64,000 nt of DNA from an uncultured Candidatus Saccharibacteria bacterium (GCA_964631145.1 CAZVXT010000001.1:553797-617796), one strand, 5' to 3'. Positions 1-10,729 are shown, numbered from the stretch's first letter. The notes: generated by a model not told the origin, from the letters alone. A program made the numbers and translations.

Positions 1-2
1 TT

Positions 3-185
3 GAAAATTTACCAAATCCATACACCGAAAAAGAATTAGATAAAATATGCGAAATTCTTAATAGGAATTTATTTGATGTTCATGTTGAAAAAGAAGCTTA
101 TGAGAAAGCAACCAAACAAGTTGCCGTAAATACTGATATGAGAGCAAAATTATTGGCTATTTTAGGGCAAGCTGAAAAAACATAA
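3..185 (+). CDS. C-terminal fragment of a CDS entering from upstream of the window (hypothetical protein)
   Basis: Open frame 3 from window start to TAA at 183-185 (…AILGQAEKT*), followed by an intrinsic terminator. Confidence 0.3.
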   Translation, partial: ENLPNPYTEKELDKICEILNRNLFDVHVEKEAYEKATKQVAVNTDMRAKLLAILGQAEKT

Positions 186-220
186 AAGGGAAACAGATAT
201 AAGTTTCCCTTTTTTATTTT
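186..220. terminator. Bidirectional rho-independent terminator
   Basis: Hairpin gggaaac/gtttccc then T-run; A-run on the other side serves the convergent minus-strand gene. Confidence 0.55.
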
Positions 221-2153
221 ATAATTCGTAAGTTTGACCAGGATTAATTCCATCATCTAGCGGTGGTGTATATACATCTACTTTGGATTTTGGGATAGGT
301 TGATTCTTAGAATTAGTAAAAGAATTTTCAATAGCACTGGATAAATTATCAACTAATTTTGACTGGCTTTCTGCTTGAACTTGTCTAGCAGTATCCCAAA
401 TATCTGTTTTATTCTTTTTAGGAGGATAAGTTTTTGGACCCTTGTTAAACACTTGCCCTGTATTAACTCTCTTATTAAAACTACTTTTATTATAATTTGG
501 TTTAGGTCCAAAAGAGTTGGAATCTTTATTATATTTACTATCAGAATTATCTTGATTTGATCTTACAAAGTTATTGTCAGGTTTTTTATTGTTAGGTATG
601 GCAAAATTTTTCTGATTCTGATTCTCATTTTGAGGTTGCTTAAATTTTTCTAAAAATTCGGAAGAAATTTGGACGCCAGGCTTAGACTGTTCTTCAATAT
701 CAGTATTTGGCTTTAATAAATCCGAAGCTTTTTCTTGTTGAGGAGAGGAACCATAATTTTGATTCTGTTTATAGTTATTAGGACGAGAATCTTCAGAGCG
801 TGTAAACACTTTCGCAGCTTCTGTGTCATCGCCTACAGAATGCGCAGAAGCTTCATGAAATTCAGCACCCATCCAGCGGCTGATTTTATCCTCAACTTGC
901 TCTCTTGGGTTAGCATACCGCTCCCGGGAAACTTTAATAACTTTGTCAGCATCACCTACTGACCAATTTTCATCAATCATTATAGTTTTAGCAGTAAAAG
1001 GATCGCTCGCAACACCATTAATCATTAACTTCAAAATAATATGAGCTTTGGGCAGATTAACAATATCATTTGGAGTAAATGCAGGAGCAAACTCTGTTTC
1101 CAAAAATTCTGCATCTGCAGCACCAACTCTAAACACCACCATACTTCCTACGTTACCAAACACAGCATCTCGAACTTTATTATTGCCATCAGGTGTTAAC
1201 TGTCCTATATATTGATGTCCCATAATCAAGTTAAGTCTGTATTTTCTAGCTTCACTTAAAATAGTTGCAAAACTGTCAGTAACGAAGTTTTGAAACTCAT
1301 CTACATACAAATAAAAATCTTTACGCTCGTGTTCTGGAATATCCACGCGGGATAAAGCAGCTAATTGTAGCTTTGTAATTATCATTGCCCCAAGCAATGC
1401 AGAGTTGTCTTCCCCTACTTTACCTTTTGATAAATCTAGCAACAGAATTTTTTGATTATCCATAATCTCGCGTAAATCTATAGTAGACTTTGGTTGTCCT
1501 ACAATATTACGAATAACCGCAGAAGATAAAAATTGTCCAACTTTATTTTGAATTGGAGCGACGGCTTCTGTACGGTACTTTTCTGCATAGTTAGCAAATT
1601 CTTCGACCCAAAAAGCCTTAACCATTGGATCTTTAATATTGTCCACAATTTTTTTACGATATTTTTTGTCGACATACATACGGACAATACCAAGCATGGT
1701 ATTGCCAGGGCTATCTAATAAAGCCAATATCGTATTGTTCAAAATATATTCCATACGACTAGACCACATACTAGCCCAAATCTTGGTAAAAACACCCATC
1801 AGCCCAGAAGCAACCAAATGCTTATACTGCGATTGTACAGACTCTAATATATTAAAAGCTATAGGAAACTCTAAATCTGCGGGGTTTACATAGATTACAT
1901 CATTAATACGAGACTTCGGAACATAGTCTAAAATCTTTCTGACAGAATCACCGTGAGGATCTATAAAGCAAATACCTTTTCCATTGCGAATATCCTGCAC
2001 GGCCATATTTTCGAGCAATGTTGTTTTACCCATACCAGACTTACCTATTACATACATGTGCTTTCGACGATCGTCTTCTTTAATACCAAAAGGAACCTGC
2101 TGATTGCGGTAATTTGTTTTTGCGAAAAAATTAATTAGTTCTTTATTATCCAT
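219..2153 (-). CDS. VirD4/TraG/TrwB-like type IV coupling-protein-family ATPase (AAA_10/DUF87-like) with ~220-aa N/Q/K/S-rich low-complexity C-terminal tail
   Basis: Walker A GKSGMGKTT, Walker B-like YLYVDEFQNF, motifs IDPHGDS and MGHQYIGQL typical of TraG/TrwB coupling ATPases; C-terminal third is compositionally biased. Confidence 0.55.
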   Translation of the reverse strand: MDNKELINFFAKTNYRNQQVPFGIKEDDRRKHMYVIGKSGMGKTTLLENMAVQDIRNGKGICFIDPHGDSVRKILDYVPKSRINDVIYVNPADLEFPIAFNILESVQSQYKHLVASGLMGVFTKIWASMWSSRMEYILNNTILALLDSPGNTMLGIVRMYVDKKYRKKIVDNIKDPMVKAFWVEEFANYAEKYRTEAVAPIQNKVGQFLSSAVIRNIVGQPKSTIDLREIMDNQKILLLDLSKGKVGEDNSALLGAMIITKLQLAALSRVDIPEHERKDFYLYVDEFQNFVTDSFATILSEARKYRLNLIMGHQYIGQLTPDGNNKVRDAVFGNVGSMVVFRVGAADAEFLETEFAPAFTPNDIVNLPKAHIILKLMINGVASDPFTAKTIMIDENWSVGDADKVIKVSRERYANPREQVEDKISRWMGAEFHEASAHSVGDDTEAAKVFTRSEDSRPNNYKQNQNYGSSPQQEKASDLLKPNTDIEEQSKPGVQISSEFLEKFKQPQNENQNQKNFAIPNNKKPDNNFVRSNQDNSDSKYNKDSNSFGPKPNYNKSSFNKRVNTGQVFNKGPKTYPPKKNKTDIWDTARQVQAESQSKLVDNLSSAIENSFTNSKNQPIPKSKVDVYTPPLDDGINPGQTYEL

Positions 2154-2168
2154 AATAAATAAAAATAG

Positions 2169-3353
2169 TTAGCCAATTGGCAAATTTGAAGGTGGTTGAA
2201 TCTTCTTCATTTCTAAACTTTCTACATTTGATAGCTGCGAAGGAGTGGTAATAGGAAAATGGAATATCGTAGCTAATTCTTCAGTGTTGAGTATAAATTT
2301 TGGTAACCCTACCCACATACTACGCCCTTTAAAGGCATTAAACAACTCTATCTTTCGTCTTCTAACCCACCAATTAATATAAGGAGCTTCTAATGTTGGA
2401 GAGATGCGATAATCTTTTTTTGGTGAAAATCCAGGTTTAAATCCATTAAAGTTTGCGGAGCCGAATATTTTAAACGGACTCAATACAAGTTTCTTTGCAT
2501 TTTTATTGAAAGATGATTTTAAACCCATATGCAAAAGTCTAATTTTTGTAGCAAATGCCGGTCTTCCCATTTTTGCTTTAATAGCCGTGATTCTTTGTTT
2601 TGTAATATCATCTAATGCCATATACTCTTTACCAGCTGATAATTTTTCGATTTGCTCTTTTGCTTCCGCTTCCCAATCTGCATCATTAACAGGTTGAATA
2701 ATCGTTTGAAGACTATAAATTTCGTTTGCGCTAATGGTCTTAAAAGCTTCAAACAGCGGTGATAATGGGTCAACTAATACATTACTAACTTCTGGTCCGG
2801 TTAATCCTTCAAATTCTCTATAAGTTCTGATTGGAATACTTTGAGATTTTAATAACACAAATTCTGCTGCAAAAATATCATAAGAAGTATCATCCGGGTC
2901 GTATGTAAAATTAGCTAGATAATCTTTCACTTCTGTAATTTCTAAGGTAGGATAGCTTGCGTATAAAGCAGCTTCTACCAAATCTCTTTGCTTTGCTGGA
3001 ATACGAAAAACATATGAAATATAACCACCTAAACTTACTATTTCCATAGATAATTTGAAAACAGTTTTACCTTCTAAATATTTTTCTTGGAAAGTAAAGT
3101 TATCAAGCAAAATATGCAACTGCATCAACACTTGCTCAGCGCTATAAAAACTTGTTGGATTTTCTTTCGGCGGCTTTATCTCTAAAAACACCCACTCGAT
3201 TGTAGATTCATATTGCCCTTGGATCTCATCCATATACATCTGATATAGCAAATAGATTCCAAGTATTACAAAAAAGACAAAACCGCCATGACTAAATACA
3301 AGCCAGGCGATTTTAAGTACATATAAAATATTAGGGAATATGCTAGTGTCCAT
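2169..3353 (-). CDS. Hypothetical protein with N-terminal transmembrane helix, co-oriented with coupling ATPase
   Basis: 394-aa ORF, hydrophobic N-terminus (IAWLVFSHGGFVFFVILGIYLL), 16-nt spacing to downstream ATPase gene. Confidence 0.5.
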   Translation of the reverse strand: MDTSIFPNILYVLKIAWLVFSHGGFVFFVILGIYLLYQMYMDEIQGQYESTIEWVFLEIKPPKENPTSFYSAEQVLMQLHILLDNFTFQEKYLEGKTVFKLSMEIVSLGGYISYVFRIPAKQRDLVEAALYASYPTLEITEVKDYLANFTYDPDDTSYDIFAAEFVLLKSQSIPIRTYREFEGLTGPEVSNVLVDPLSPLFEAFKTISANEIYSLQTIIQPVNDADWEAEAKEQIEKLSAGKEYMALDDITKQRITAIKAKMGRPAFATKIRLLHMGLKSSFNKNAKKLVLSPFKIFGSANFNGFKPGFSPKKDYRISPTLEAPYINWWVRRRKIELFNAFKGRSMWVGLPKFILNTEELATIFHFPITTPSQLSNVESLEMKKIQPPSNLPIG

Positions 3354-3386
3354 TATTTATGTTTGTTTTTATATCAGTTTAAAATA

Positions 3387-4535
3387 TTAGCGTGTAGCCA
3401 AATCGTAAAGATTTTTGCCAACTTTTTTGAAAAGTTTTTTGTTAGATAACCCCACCAAAACTGTATTCTTTTTCACTAAACGCTTTTCTAAAACATGCTT
3501 GATAATCTCATCGCGAGTCATTTCGTGTCCAGATTCTTTAAGAACCTCTACAATAATATCAGAAACAACGCCGGGTTTGTAACCCCATTCGGTTAAGGCG
3601 TAAATACCACGTCCAACCAAAACAAAACGCTTATCTTTGATTAATTTATTATGAACAGTTTCTTTGTAAGCTTTGCGCTTATCAATGCCGTGCTTATTAA
3701 TCAACTCTGTGATCATAGAATAGTGTTCTGGTTTGCCATGATGTTTCATTACCAAATAAGCTTTATCGCCTACATCTTTAGGCTTTATTTCATTCCAGTG
3801 CCCTAAGCCAAATTCTCCAAATGGATTCTTTTTAATGCCAGCGGCGCTTTGAAGGTAATTAAGAACTACTTTAGGAGTTAATTTATCTTGATAGGTTTCA
3901 AAAAACTGAGATTTTTCCAATTTTTTTATGAAAGTATCAGGATCAATTGGCTTACCATGTTCATCTAATAAAGTTTTTGTAGTTTTAACAAATTCTATAA
4001 GAAAATCTTTATCAAAACCAATTTTGCTCCATGATCGCAATACATGCTCATCGCCAGTATGTTCTTCAATTTCTACTATTAACTTAAGCAAAAACTTAAT
4101 GGCATTTACATCACTTTCTGTTTCTGCGCCAAGATAAGTCATTAAAGAATCTTCAGACATAATGCCACCGTGTTCATGAATTGCAGACAAAATTAAATCA
4201 CGAGCTTCGATAAACTCTTCTAATTCTGCAACACCACGCTTAAGGTTCTTTAATAATTCTTTTTCGATTTGGCGAACGCGCTCTCTTGTTAAACCTTGTT
4301 CATCACCAACAGTTTTTAAGGTTTGACTAGATTCTCCCACCAAACCATAACGCTTGGAGAGAATATCTTTTTCTCGATCTTTAAGCGGTCCAAGAATTTT
4401 AGTAACGATTAAGTTAAGTTCAAATTGTTGTAAAGATTCTTTATTGTGAGAATCAATAATTGTATCCAAAATACCCATAAAATCAGTATAATTAAAAGAT
4501 ATTCTGATTATATCATACCATTCTAAAATGGTCAA
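3387..4535 (-). CDS. Sigma-70 region-4-like HTH domain protein (putative regulator)
   Basis: N-terminal DREKDILSKRYGL…LKTVGDEQGLTRERVRQIEKEL matches sigma-70 region 4 / LuxR-type HTH; C-terminal winged-helix-like tail. Confidence 0.4.
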   Translation of the reverse strand: MTILEWYDIIRISFNYTDFMGILDTIIDSHNKESLQQFELNLIVTKILGPLKDREKDILSKRYGLVGESSQTLKTVGDEQGLTRERVRQIEKELLKNLKRGVAELEEFIEARDLILSAIHEHGGIMSEDSLMTYLGAETESDVNAIKFLLKLIVEIEEHTGDEHVLRSWSKIGFDKDFLIEFVKTTKTLLDEHGKPIDPDTFIKKLEKSQFFETYQDKLTPKVVLNYLQSAAGIKKNPFGEFGLGHWNEIKPKDVGDKAYLVMKHHGKPEHYSMITELINKHGIDKRKAYKETVHNKLIKDKRFVLVGRGIYALTEWGYKPGVVSDIIVEVLKESGHEMTRDEIIKHVLEKRLVKKNTVLVGLSNKKLFKKVGKNLYDLATR

Positions 4536-4681
4536 ATAATAAAGTGAAAGAAAATATTATTAAAAGTCCAATATTTCCTAGTATTTTTATTAATATTTGA
4601 TGTATATTCTTAAAAAATTTTATTCAGTATAACACAAAAGCATAAAGTTAAACCTTATGCTTTTGAATATTTTAGATAAAT

Positions 4682-5608
4682 TTATTTAGCTAATTTTCTA
4701 TTTTTCCAGTTTTGCCAGATTACCAAAGTTGGACTAGCAACGAAAATTGAAGAATAAGTTCCAACTGCAATACCAATAAACAAAGCTAGAACGAAATATC
4801 TAATAGTATCACCACCGAACAATAATAAGGCTAGCAATACCAACAACACTGTTAAGCTGGTATTAAGAGACCGAACCAATGTTTGACTAATACTATGATT
4901 AACAATAAATTCTAAGCTTTTGCCTCCATAAACGCGTAAATTTTCGCGAATACGATCGAAAACAATAATTGTATCATGAACAGAGAAACCTAATACTGTT
5001 AACATGGCGGTAACGAACATGCTATCAACTTCTACTTTTAAGTAATGCCCTAAAATTGAAAATACTCCCAAAACAACAAGTAAGTCGTGAAGCAATGCTA
5101 CGATAGCGGCTACACCAAATTGCCAAGAGGATATTGGACGGTTAACCTTACGAAAGGCGTAAGCGATATAGATAATGATACCTATAGAAACCAATAATAA
5201 CTGGTAAATAGCTTTTTTAGTTAACTGCTCCCCTACAACTGGACCGATGGATTCAAATCTTAGTTCTTCGAAGTTACCAAATTTTTCTTTAATTTTTGAA
5301 AGCAAATTATCATGAGCTGATTTTTCCATATCACCTGTTTTGAAAATTATTCCATTATTATCTGTAGGTTGAGTTTGGAATGAGCCTATGTTTTGCTCTG
5401 TAAGAAAAGAATTAAACTGAGCTTGATCAACAGATTTTTCAAATTTAACTTCTGTTACGGTACCACCTTTGAAATCGATACCAAGATTTAATCCATACAC
5501 AGCTAATGAACCAACACCTAAGACTAAGATTGCAATCGATACTGCGATTAAATATTTGTAATAATTTAGTAGCTTCATTTTATTTATTATCCTTGATTTT
5601 AATTCCAA
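4682..5608 (-). CDS. secF: Protein translocase subunit SecF
   Basis: GIDFKGGT motif, six TM helices pattern, directly downstream of secD. Confidence 0.85.
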   Translation of the reverse strand: MELKSRIINKMKLLNYYKYLIAVSIAILVLGVGSLAVYGLNLGIDFKGGTVTEVKFEKSVDQAQFNSFLTEQNIGSFQTQPTDNNGIIFKTGDMEKSAHDNLLSKIKEKFGNFEELRFESIGPVVGEQLTKKAIYQLLLVSIGIIIYIAYAFRKVNRPISSWQFGVAAIVALLHDLLVVLGVFSILGHYLKVEVDSMFVTAMLTVLGFSVHDTIIVFDRIRENLRVYGGKSLEFIVNHSISQTLVRSLNTSLTVLLVLLALLLFGGDTIRYFVLALFIGIAVGTYSSIFVASPTLVIWQNWKNRKLAK

Positions 5609-7070
5609 ATAGCCAAGGATGAGAGAATAGCTTGGCAGTTACAAAGAGTTTAAGTAGAGTTCTAGTTACAGTAATTGCACTAAACATAGAAATTAAGATA
5701 CCGATAGACAAAGTTACAGCAAAACCTTTAATTGATGGGGTACCAAATAAATATAAGATTATAGTTGTAATTAAACTCGATACATTTGAATCTCTAATAG
5801 ACATCCATGCTCTAGCAAATCCATCCTCAATAGCCTTTGGAACGTCTTTGCCAGCACGCAATTCTTCTTTCATACGTTCGAAGATCAAAATATTAGCGTC
5901 TACTGCCATACCGACTGACAAAATGAATCCTGCAATACCAGCCAATGTTAAGGTTACGGGAGCTAATGCACCATTGATTAACATCAAAACCAAATAACTA
6001 AGCAGTGCCATTAAGCCAAAATACCAGCTCACTGTAATTCCTAATAAGAAGAATGCGCCAACTAAGACTACTGCAGTTACCGAAATACCAATTTTAAAGA
6101 TCGCAATAGACATTAATACATACAAAAGCAATGCGGCAACAGCAAGTAATCCTGGAAATCTATAGAAAAAGACCATAAAGAGGGCAACCAATAACAAGCC
6201 TATCAATCCAGCAATAATAGATTTTTGGATTGACTCTTTACCTAAAGTTGCACCAACATTTTGCTGGGAGATTAATTTAATCGGTACTGGCAATGCACCA
6301 GAATTTAAGCGGGTAGCAAATAATTTTGCTTCTTCAGGAGTAAAGTTTCCAGAAACAATAGCTTCGCCATTAGTAATTGCAGTTTGTACAGTTGGAGCAC
6401 TAATTATTTGACCATCCAAAATAATTGCAATTGGCTTTCCAATATTTGCTTTTGTTAAATCAGAAAATAATTGGGTACCTTCATCATCAAATTGCAATTT
6501 TACTACAATTTCTGAAGCTAATTGGCTTTTGCCAGAACTTTGCGCTTCTGCAATTGCCTTCTTCAAATTTTTACCTGATAATTTTGTAGGTATCCAGGCA
6601 GACAAAGGATCTATAACAACTTTTCCATCCGGACCAACTGTTGCATCCTGTGGCTTATTAGGGTCACCTTGAGTTCTAAATTCTAATAAAGGAGTTTGCC
6701 CTATTTGATCAATGGCTTTGTTAATATCAGTAATACCTGGAAGTTCTACAACAATCTGGTCAGTACCTTGTGTTTGAACTACTGGTTCGGATACTCCAAA
6801 ACTATTAACACGACGCTCAACAGTATCTCGAGCCGCTTGCAAGGCTTCACGCTTATCCCCTTCAGCAATATCTTTAAAATCAGCTTGATATACAAGATGT
6901 GCGCCACCTTGCAAATCCAAGCCTAAATGTATACCATATTGCTTGTTAAAATTGATTTTTAGCTTTCTTAAGTCAATTTTACTGCCGCCTGGCCAAACAA
7001 TCCATGCAGTAGCCAGCCCTAAAAGGACTATAAAGACAAAAAGTACTACTCTTTTGTAAAATGCTTTCAT
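5580..7070 (-). CDS. secD: Protein translocase subunit SecD
   Basis: LGLDLQGG motif, periplasmic domain plus C-terminal TM bundle; overlaps secF start. Confidence 0.85.
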   Translation of the reverse strand: MKAFYKRVVLFVFIVLLGLATAWIVWPGGSKIDLRKLKINFNKQYGIHLGLDLQGGAHLVYQADFKDIAEGDKREALQAARDTVERRVNSFGVSEPVVQTQGTDQIVVELPGITDINKAIDQIGQTPLLEFRTQGDPNKPQDATVGPDGKVVIDPLSAWIPTKLSGKNLKKAIAEAQSSGKSQLASEIVVKLQFDDEGTQLFSDLTKANIGKPIAIILDGQIISAPTVQTAITNGEAIVSGNFTPEEAKLFATRLNSGALPVPIKLISQQNVGATLGKESIQKSIIAGLIGLLLVALFMVFFYRFPGLLAVAALLLYVLMSIAIFKIGISVTAVVLVGAFFLLGITVSWYFGLMALLSYLVLMLINGALAPVTLTLAGIAGFILSVGMAVDANILIFERMKEELRAGKDVPKAIEDGFARAWMSIRDSNVSSLITTIILYLFGTPSIKGFAVTLSIGILISMFSAITVTRTLLKLFVTAKLFSHPWLFGIKIKDNK

Positions 7071-7107
7071 TTCTTAATATTTTTTAATTCTTTTGTATTA
7101 TACTAGG

Positions 7108-9669
7108 TTATTTTTGTTTAGCAAAGCCCTTAAAATAGCTATCTACTAATTCTGAATCTCGCTTAATCCAAGCCAAATTTATTCTAATCTTTTCGATAGT
7201 CTGAGCAACTGATTGCTTTTCTGTTTTTAAATATGGTTTAGCGTAATTTTGAAACTCCTTTAGTAGCTCATTAGTGCTAAAATCTCTCGCTCCTTCTATG
7301 ATATAGCCCATTAACTTGCCACCCATAAACATTTCTCTTAGTTGTTTATCTCTTGATTTTATTTCTTGCCACATCAAATGTGAAGTTTTTGAAATTAACA
7401 TCCCATGGATAATAGCAATTGGCAGGTCTTGAGGTCTAACTTGTCCAGAAAAAATAAACTCCAGTACTTGCTTGTATTCTTTTTCTCCTTTAGTTCTTAG
7501 CATTGCCGCTACAAGTTGATTTCGTTCTTCTTGAAGAGTAGCTTTTTTGTATTTATCAAATAGCGTGCTTAAAACTTTATTGTCACTGTAACTTGCTACA
7601 GCTAAAATTGCAGTTTTATGATTCCTATCAATACTTTTATTTTTTTCATACAAACTAAATTGTTTTTTTGCATATTGTTCGACTTCTTTCAGCCCAGCCA
7701 AGCCCGCATTACTAATAGCCAAAGATCTTAAAAGCTTTTGACTATCTGTATCATTCTTTTGGGAATTATATCCAAGCCTTGTTAAGACATTTGCGTACAA
7801 TTGTTTTTTCCAATTTAGAAAACTTTCGTAATATTTCTTATTTGAGGTAAAGAATACTCTTTCAATTTGTGCTAAATTCCCTGATATTTCTGCCCATACA
7901 ATATAACTATCTTCTGTCGCAGATATTTGGTTTACCACTTCCAAATATACGTCAGTTTGCACATATCCAGAAATCGCTAATAAGTACAAATTTCTAATTA
8001 AGGCTAATCTATCGTTAGAACCAATCTGCTTATTTTGCATCGCGCTTACTAATAAAGCAAGATATTTAATTGGGTAGTTTGTTATATAAAAACTTTGTTC
8101 ATTTGGATTGAGCTTAATAAATTTATAATTATTCTCGATATGCAAATGTGATATAGCCTTATTTGCTAAAATCATCCCACTCTGTTTATCATGATCAATT
8201 AACGCCTGCACCGGCACTTGCCATAAAGTTTTATCTTCATTCTTTTGAAGTGTAAAACGCTTTTGTGATAACTCTAACCCCTTTTTAGCATCAGTTATAG
8301 TAATAACTGGGTAACCTTTATCCTGTGTCCAAGCTTTTACTAAAGCAGAAATATTCTTATTAGACACCTTATCAAAAGCAGCCCACAAATCTTCCGAACT
8401 CGTATTTCCATAAGAATGCTTTTTTAAATAAATACGAAGTGCGTCCCGAAAATTATCAGCTCCGATATATCCCGAAATCATGCGCAAAATACTCGCTCCT
8501 TTACTATAAGAAATACCGTCAAATATTTCGCTAATCTCATGCGAGTGCTTAACTTCCACTTCTATTGGATGAGTCGAGAGCAAAGCATCTTCCTTAAGTG
8601 CATAAGACTGTTCTGATAATACAAACTTTGTCCAGAATCTCCACTCTGGAAATAACTCATCTACAACCAAATACGCCATATAGCAGGCGAAGCTTTCATT
8701 TAGCCACAAATGCGTCCACCACTTCATTGTGACCAAATTTCCAAACCACTGATGAACTAATTCGTGAGCAATAACTTCTGCAACTCGCTGTCTATTAATC
8801 AAAGATGTGTGCTTTTCATCTACCAATAAAGCAGTCTCTCTAAAAGTAATAGCGCCCCAATTTTCCATAGCGCCAGCTGCAAAATCTGGAATTGCTAATA
8901 AATCTAAGGTTTTAAGAGGATACTTAATACCAAAATAATTTTCTAAAAACTCTAAGCTTCTCTTTGCCGTCTCTAAACTAAAGGCAGCCAAATTGCTTTT
9001 GCCAGGTGTTGTATGAACTTTAATGACTGTGCCATTTTTAGTCTTTGTTTTAATATGATCTAACTCTCCAATTACGTATGCTAATAAATAGCTCGACATT
9101 TTTGGCGTTGATTCAAAATGCACAATCTTTTTATCCTTGCCTAATTTTTCAATTTTCTTTTCTTGAGTATTAGAAACAACTTGTAAATTTTTTGGAACGA
9201 CAATAGACAAATCGAAAATGGCTTTATGACTAGGCTCATCAAAACATGGAAAAGCCCGTCTTGCATCTGTGGCTTCAAATTGAGTGGTAGCCAAATGCTT
9301 TTCTTTTTTGTCATGAGTATACTTACTTCGATAAAACCCGTGGAGTTTATCATTAATACTTCCTGTAAACTCTATACATAAATTACCTTTTCCAAGTAAG
9401 CTAGTCGCAAATGTCAAAATAACTGTTTCAGAATACTTGTCATACGAAACATCTTTGCAATCTATTTGTTTTTTACCAAACTTAAAAACAGCCGAATTGA
9501 TTTCTATGTCGATACAATGCAAAACTATTTCTTTTGTTTTCTTTTTTATATCTATGTTAATAGCTTCAGATCCACTAAATGTAAAATTTTCTAAATCTGG
9601 GACAATTTGAAGAGTATATCTAATTGGCACCACATGATCTGGCAGCCGGTGATTGTTGGATTGTTTCAT
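7108..9669 (-). CDS. pepN: Aminopeptidase N (M1 family zinc metallopeptidase)
   Basis: GAMEN exopeptidase motif (AAGAMENWG) and HELVHQWFG…E zinc-binding HEXXH-E motif. Confidence 0.85.
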   Translation of the reverse strand: MKQSNNHRLPDHVVPIRYTLQIVPDLENFTFSGSEAINIDIKKKTKEIVLHCIDIEINSAVFKFGKKQIDCKDVSYDKYSETVILTFATSLLGKGNLCIEFTGSINDKLHGFYRSKYTHDKKEKHLATTQFEATDARRAFPCFDEPSHKAIFDLSIVVPKNLQVVSNTQEKKIEKLGKDKKIVHFESTPKMSSYLLAYVIGELDHIKTKTKNGTVIKVHTTPGKSNLAAFSLETAKRSLEFLENYFGIKYPLKTLDLLAIPDFAAGAMENWGAITFRETALLVDEKHTSLINRQRVAEVIAHELVHQWFGNLVTMKWWTHLWLNESFACYMAYLVVDELFPEWRFWTKFVLSEQSYALKEDALLSTHPIEVEVKHSHEISEIFDGISYSKGASILRMISGYIGADNFRDALRIYLKKHSYGNTSSEDLWAAFDKVSNKNISALVKAWTQDKGYPVITITDAKKGLELSQKRFTLQKNEDKTLWQVPVQALIDHDKQSGMILANKAISHLHIENNYKFIKLNPNEQSFYITNYPIKYLALLVSAMQNKQIGSNDRLALIRNLYLLAISGYVQTDVYLEVVNQISATEDSYIVWAEISGNLAQIERVFFTSNKKYYESFLNWKKQLYANVLTRLGYNSQKNDTDSQKLLRSLAISNAGLAGLKEVEQYAKKQFSLYEKNKSIDRNHKTAILAVASYSDNKVLSTLFDKYKKATLQEERNQLVAAMLRTKGEKEYKQVLEFIFSGQVRPQDLPIAIIHGMLISKTSHLMWQEIKSRDKQLREMFMGGKLMGYIIEGARDFSTNELLKEFQNYAKPYLKTEKQSVAQTIEKIRINLAWIKRDSELVDSYFKGFAKQK

Positions 9670-9694
9670 TTTTTTATTATAACAAAAGTATTGC

Positions 9695-10255
9695 TTAAAT
9701 TTTAGAAATTAGTTTTTTTAACTTTTTAAAGTCTTTTAAAATTACAGGCCTTAGCTTAGGGCTATATAAAGGTGCTGCGGGATGATAACTTAAAAAATAC
9801 TGAACGCCATCATGCAAAATAATTTTTCCATGATCGTTTGCCATATTTACTTTCTGGTTTAATAAAGTCATTGCTGATACTGCCCCCAAAATCACAATAA
9901 CTTTTGGACTGATAACTTTTATTTGTTGTTGCAAATGAATTTTACCGTGCTCTATGTCTTCCGGCTTAGGAGTAATGTATGTTTGAGGTAAGTACTTAAC
10001 AGCGCTCGTAATAAAAATATCTTTATCAGAAATTTGAATTTGCTCTAACAAATCTCTAAGCAATTTTCCTGCGCGTCCAATAAACGGCTTACCAGTGATA
10101 GATTCATTTTTCCCAGGTGCTTCACCTACTAGCATTATTTTTGAATTAGCACTTCCCTCCCCTGGAACCAAAATTCCCTTTACTCGATTTAGACAAAACT
10201 TACAAGTTAAAATACTCTTTTGAACTTTTTCCAGTTGTTTTTCTTTTAGACCCAT
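9695..10255 (-). CDS. Uracil-DNA glycosylase, family 4
   Basis: GEAPG motif (LVGEAPGKNE), FeS Cys ligands (CKFCLNR), HPAAPLY C-terminal motif. Confidence 0.8.
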   Translation of the reverse strand: MGLKEKQLEKVQKSILTCKFCLNRVKGILVPGEGSANSKIMLVGEAPGKNESITGKPFIGRAGKLLRDLLEQIQISDKDIFITSAVKYLPQTYITPKPEDIEHGKIHLQQQIKVISPKVIVILGAVSAMTLLNQKVNMANDHGKIILHDGVQYFLSYHPAAPLYSPKLRPVILKDFKKLKKLISKI

Positions 10256-10330
10256 ATTGGTATTTTATCATGAGACATTGACTTGAAAACATATTATTGA
10301 TACCATATGTAGATTTAACTAGGAGGAAAT

Positions 10331-10729
10331 ATGGAAGAAAAAGTTCAAATTATTGTTTTAGCAACTTACCTTAATCCAATTGATGATAATTATGAATGTG
10401 AATTTTATTGCACTGGCAGAAGATTAAACATGGATGAAGTATATAAATTGGGATTAAGCAAACTATATAAAGGCAAGAGCCCGTATTGCCCGGCTTGGTA
10501 TGAAGTTAAGCCTGGTAATAAAATTTATTACAGAAATGTAGATAGAGACAGAAACTTCTATCAGCATATTGAATATACTGTCCCCAAAGATGGGTTTAAA
10601 GAACCAATATCTATTTACGATCTGTTTTCTGTTTTTGCTGGATCATATCAATTTATGTGGCTTACCGAAGAGTGTCAGTATAAAGAAATTAGCAATAAAG
10701 AATTTTTAGAAAAAACCATAGGATTATAA
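10331..10729 (+). CDS. Hypothetical protein
   Basis: 132-aa ORF with GGAGG RBS (aactaggaggaaatatg); no recognised domain. Confidence 0.5.
   Translation: MEEKVQIIVLATYLNPIDDNYECEFYCTGRRLNMDEVYKLGLSKLYKGKSPYCPAWYEVKPGNKIYYRNVDRDRNFYQHIEYTVPKDGFKEPISIYDLFSVFAGSYQFMWLTEECQYKEISNKEFLEKTIGL

Noticed and set aside
375-2138. Several 60-85 aa + strand ORFs antisense to the coupling-ATPase gene (375-560, 735-962, 1533-1893, 1953-2138)
   Set aside because: They sit inside a long, motif-rich minus-strand CDS and are AT-rich antisense frames without RBSs.
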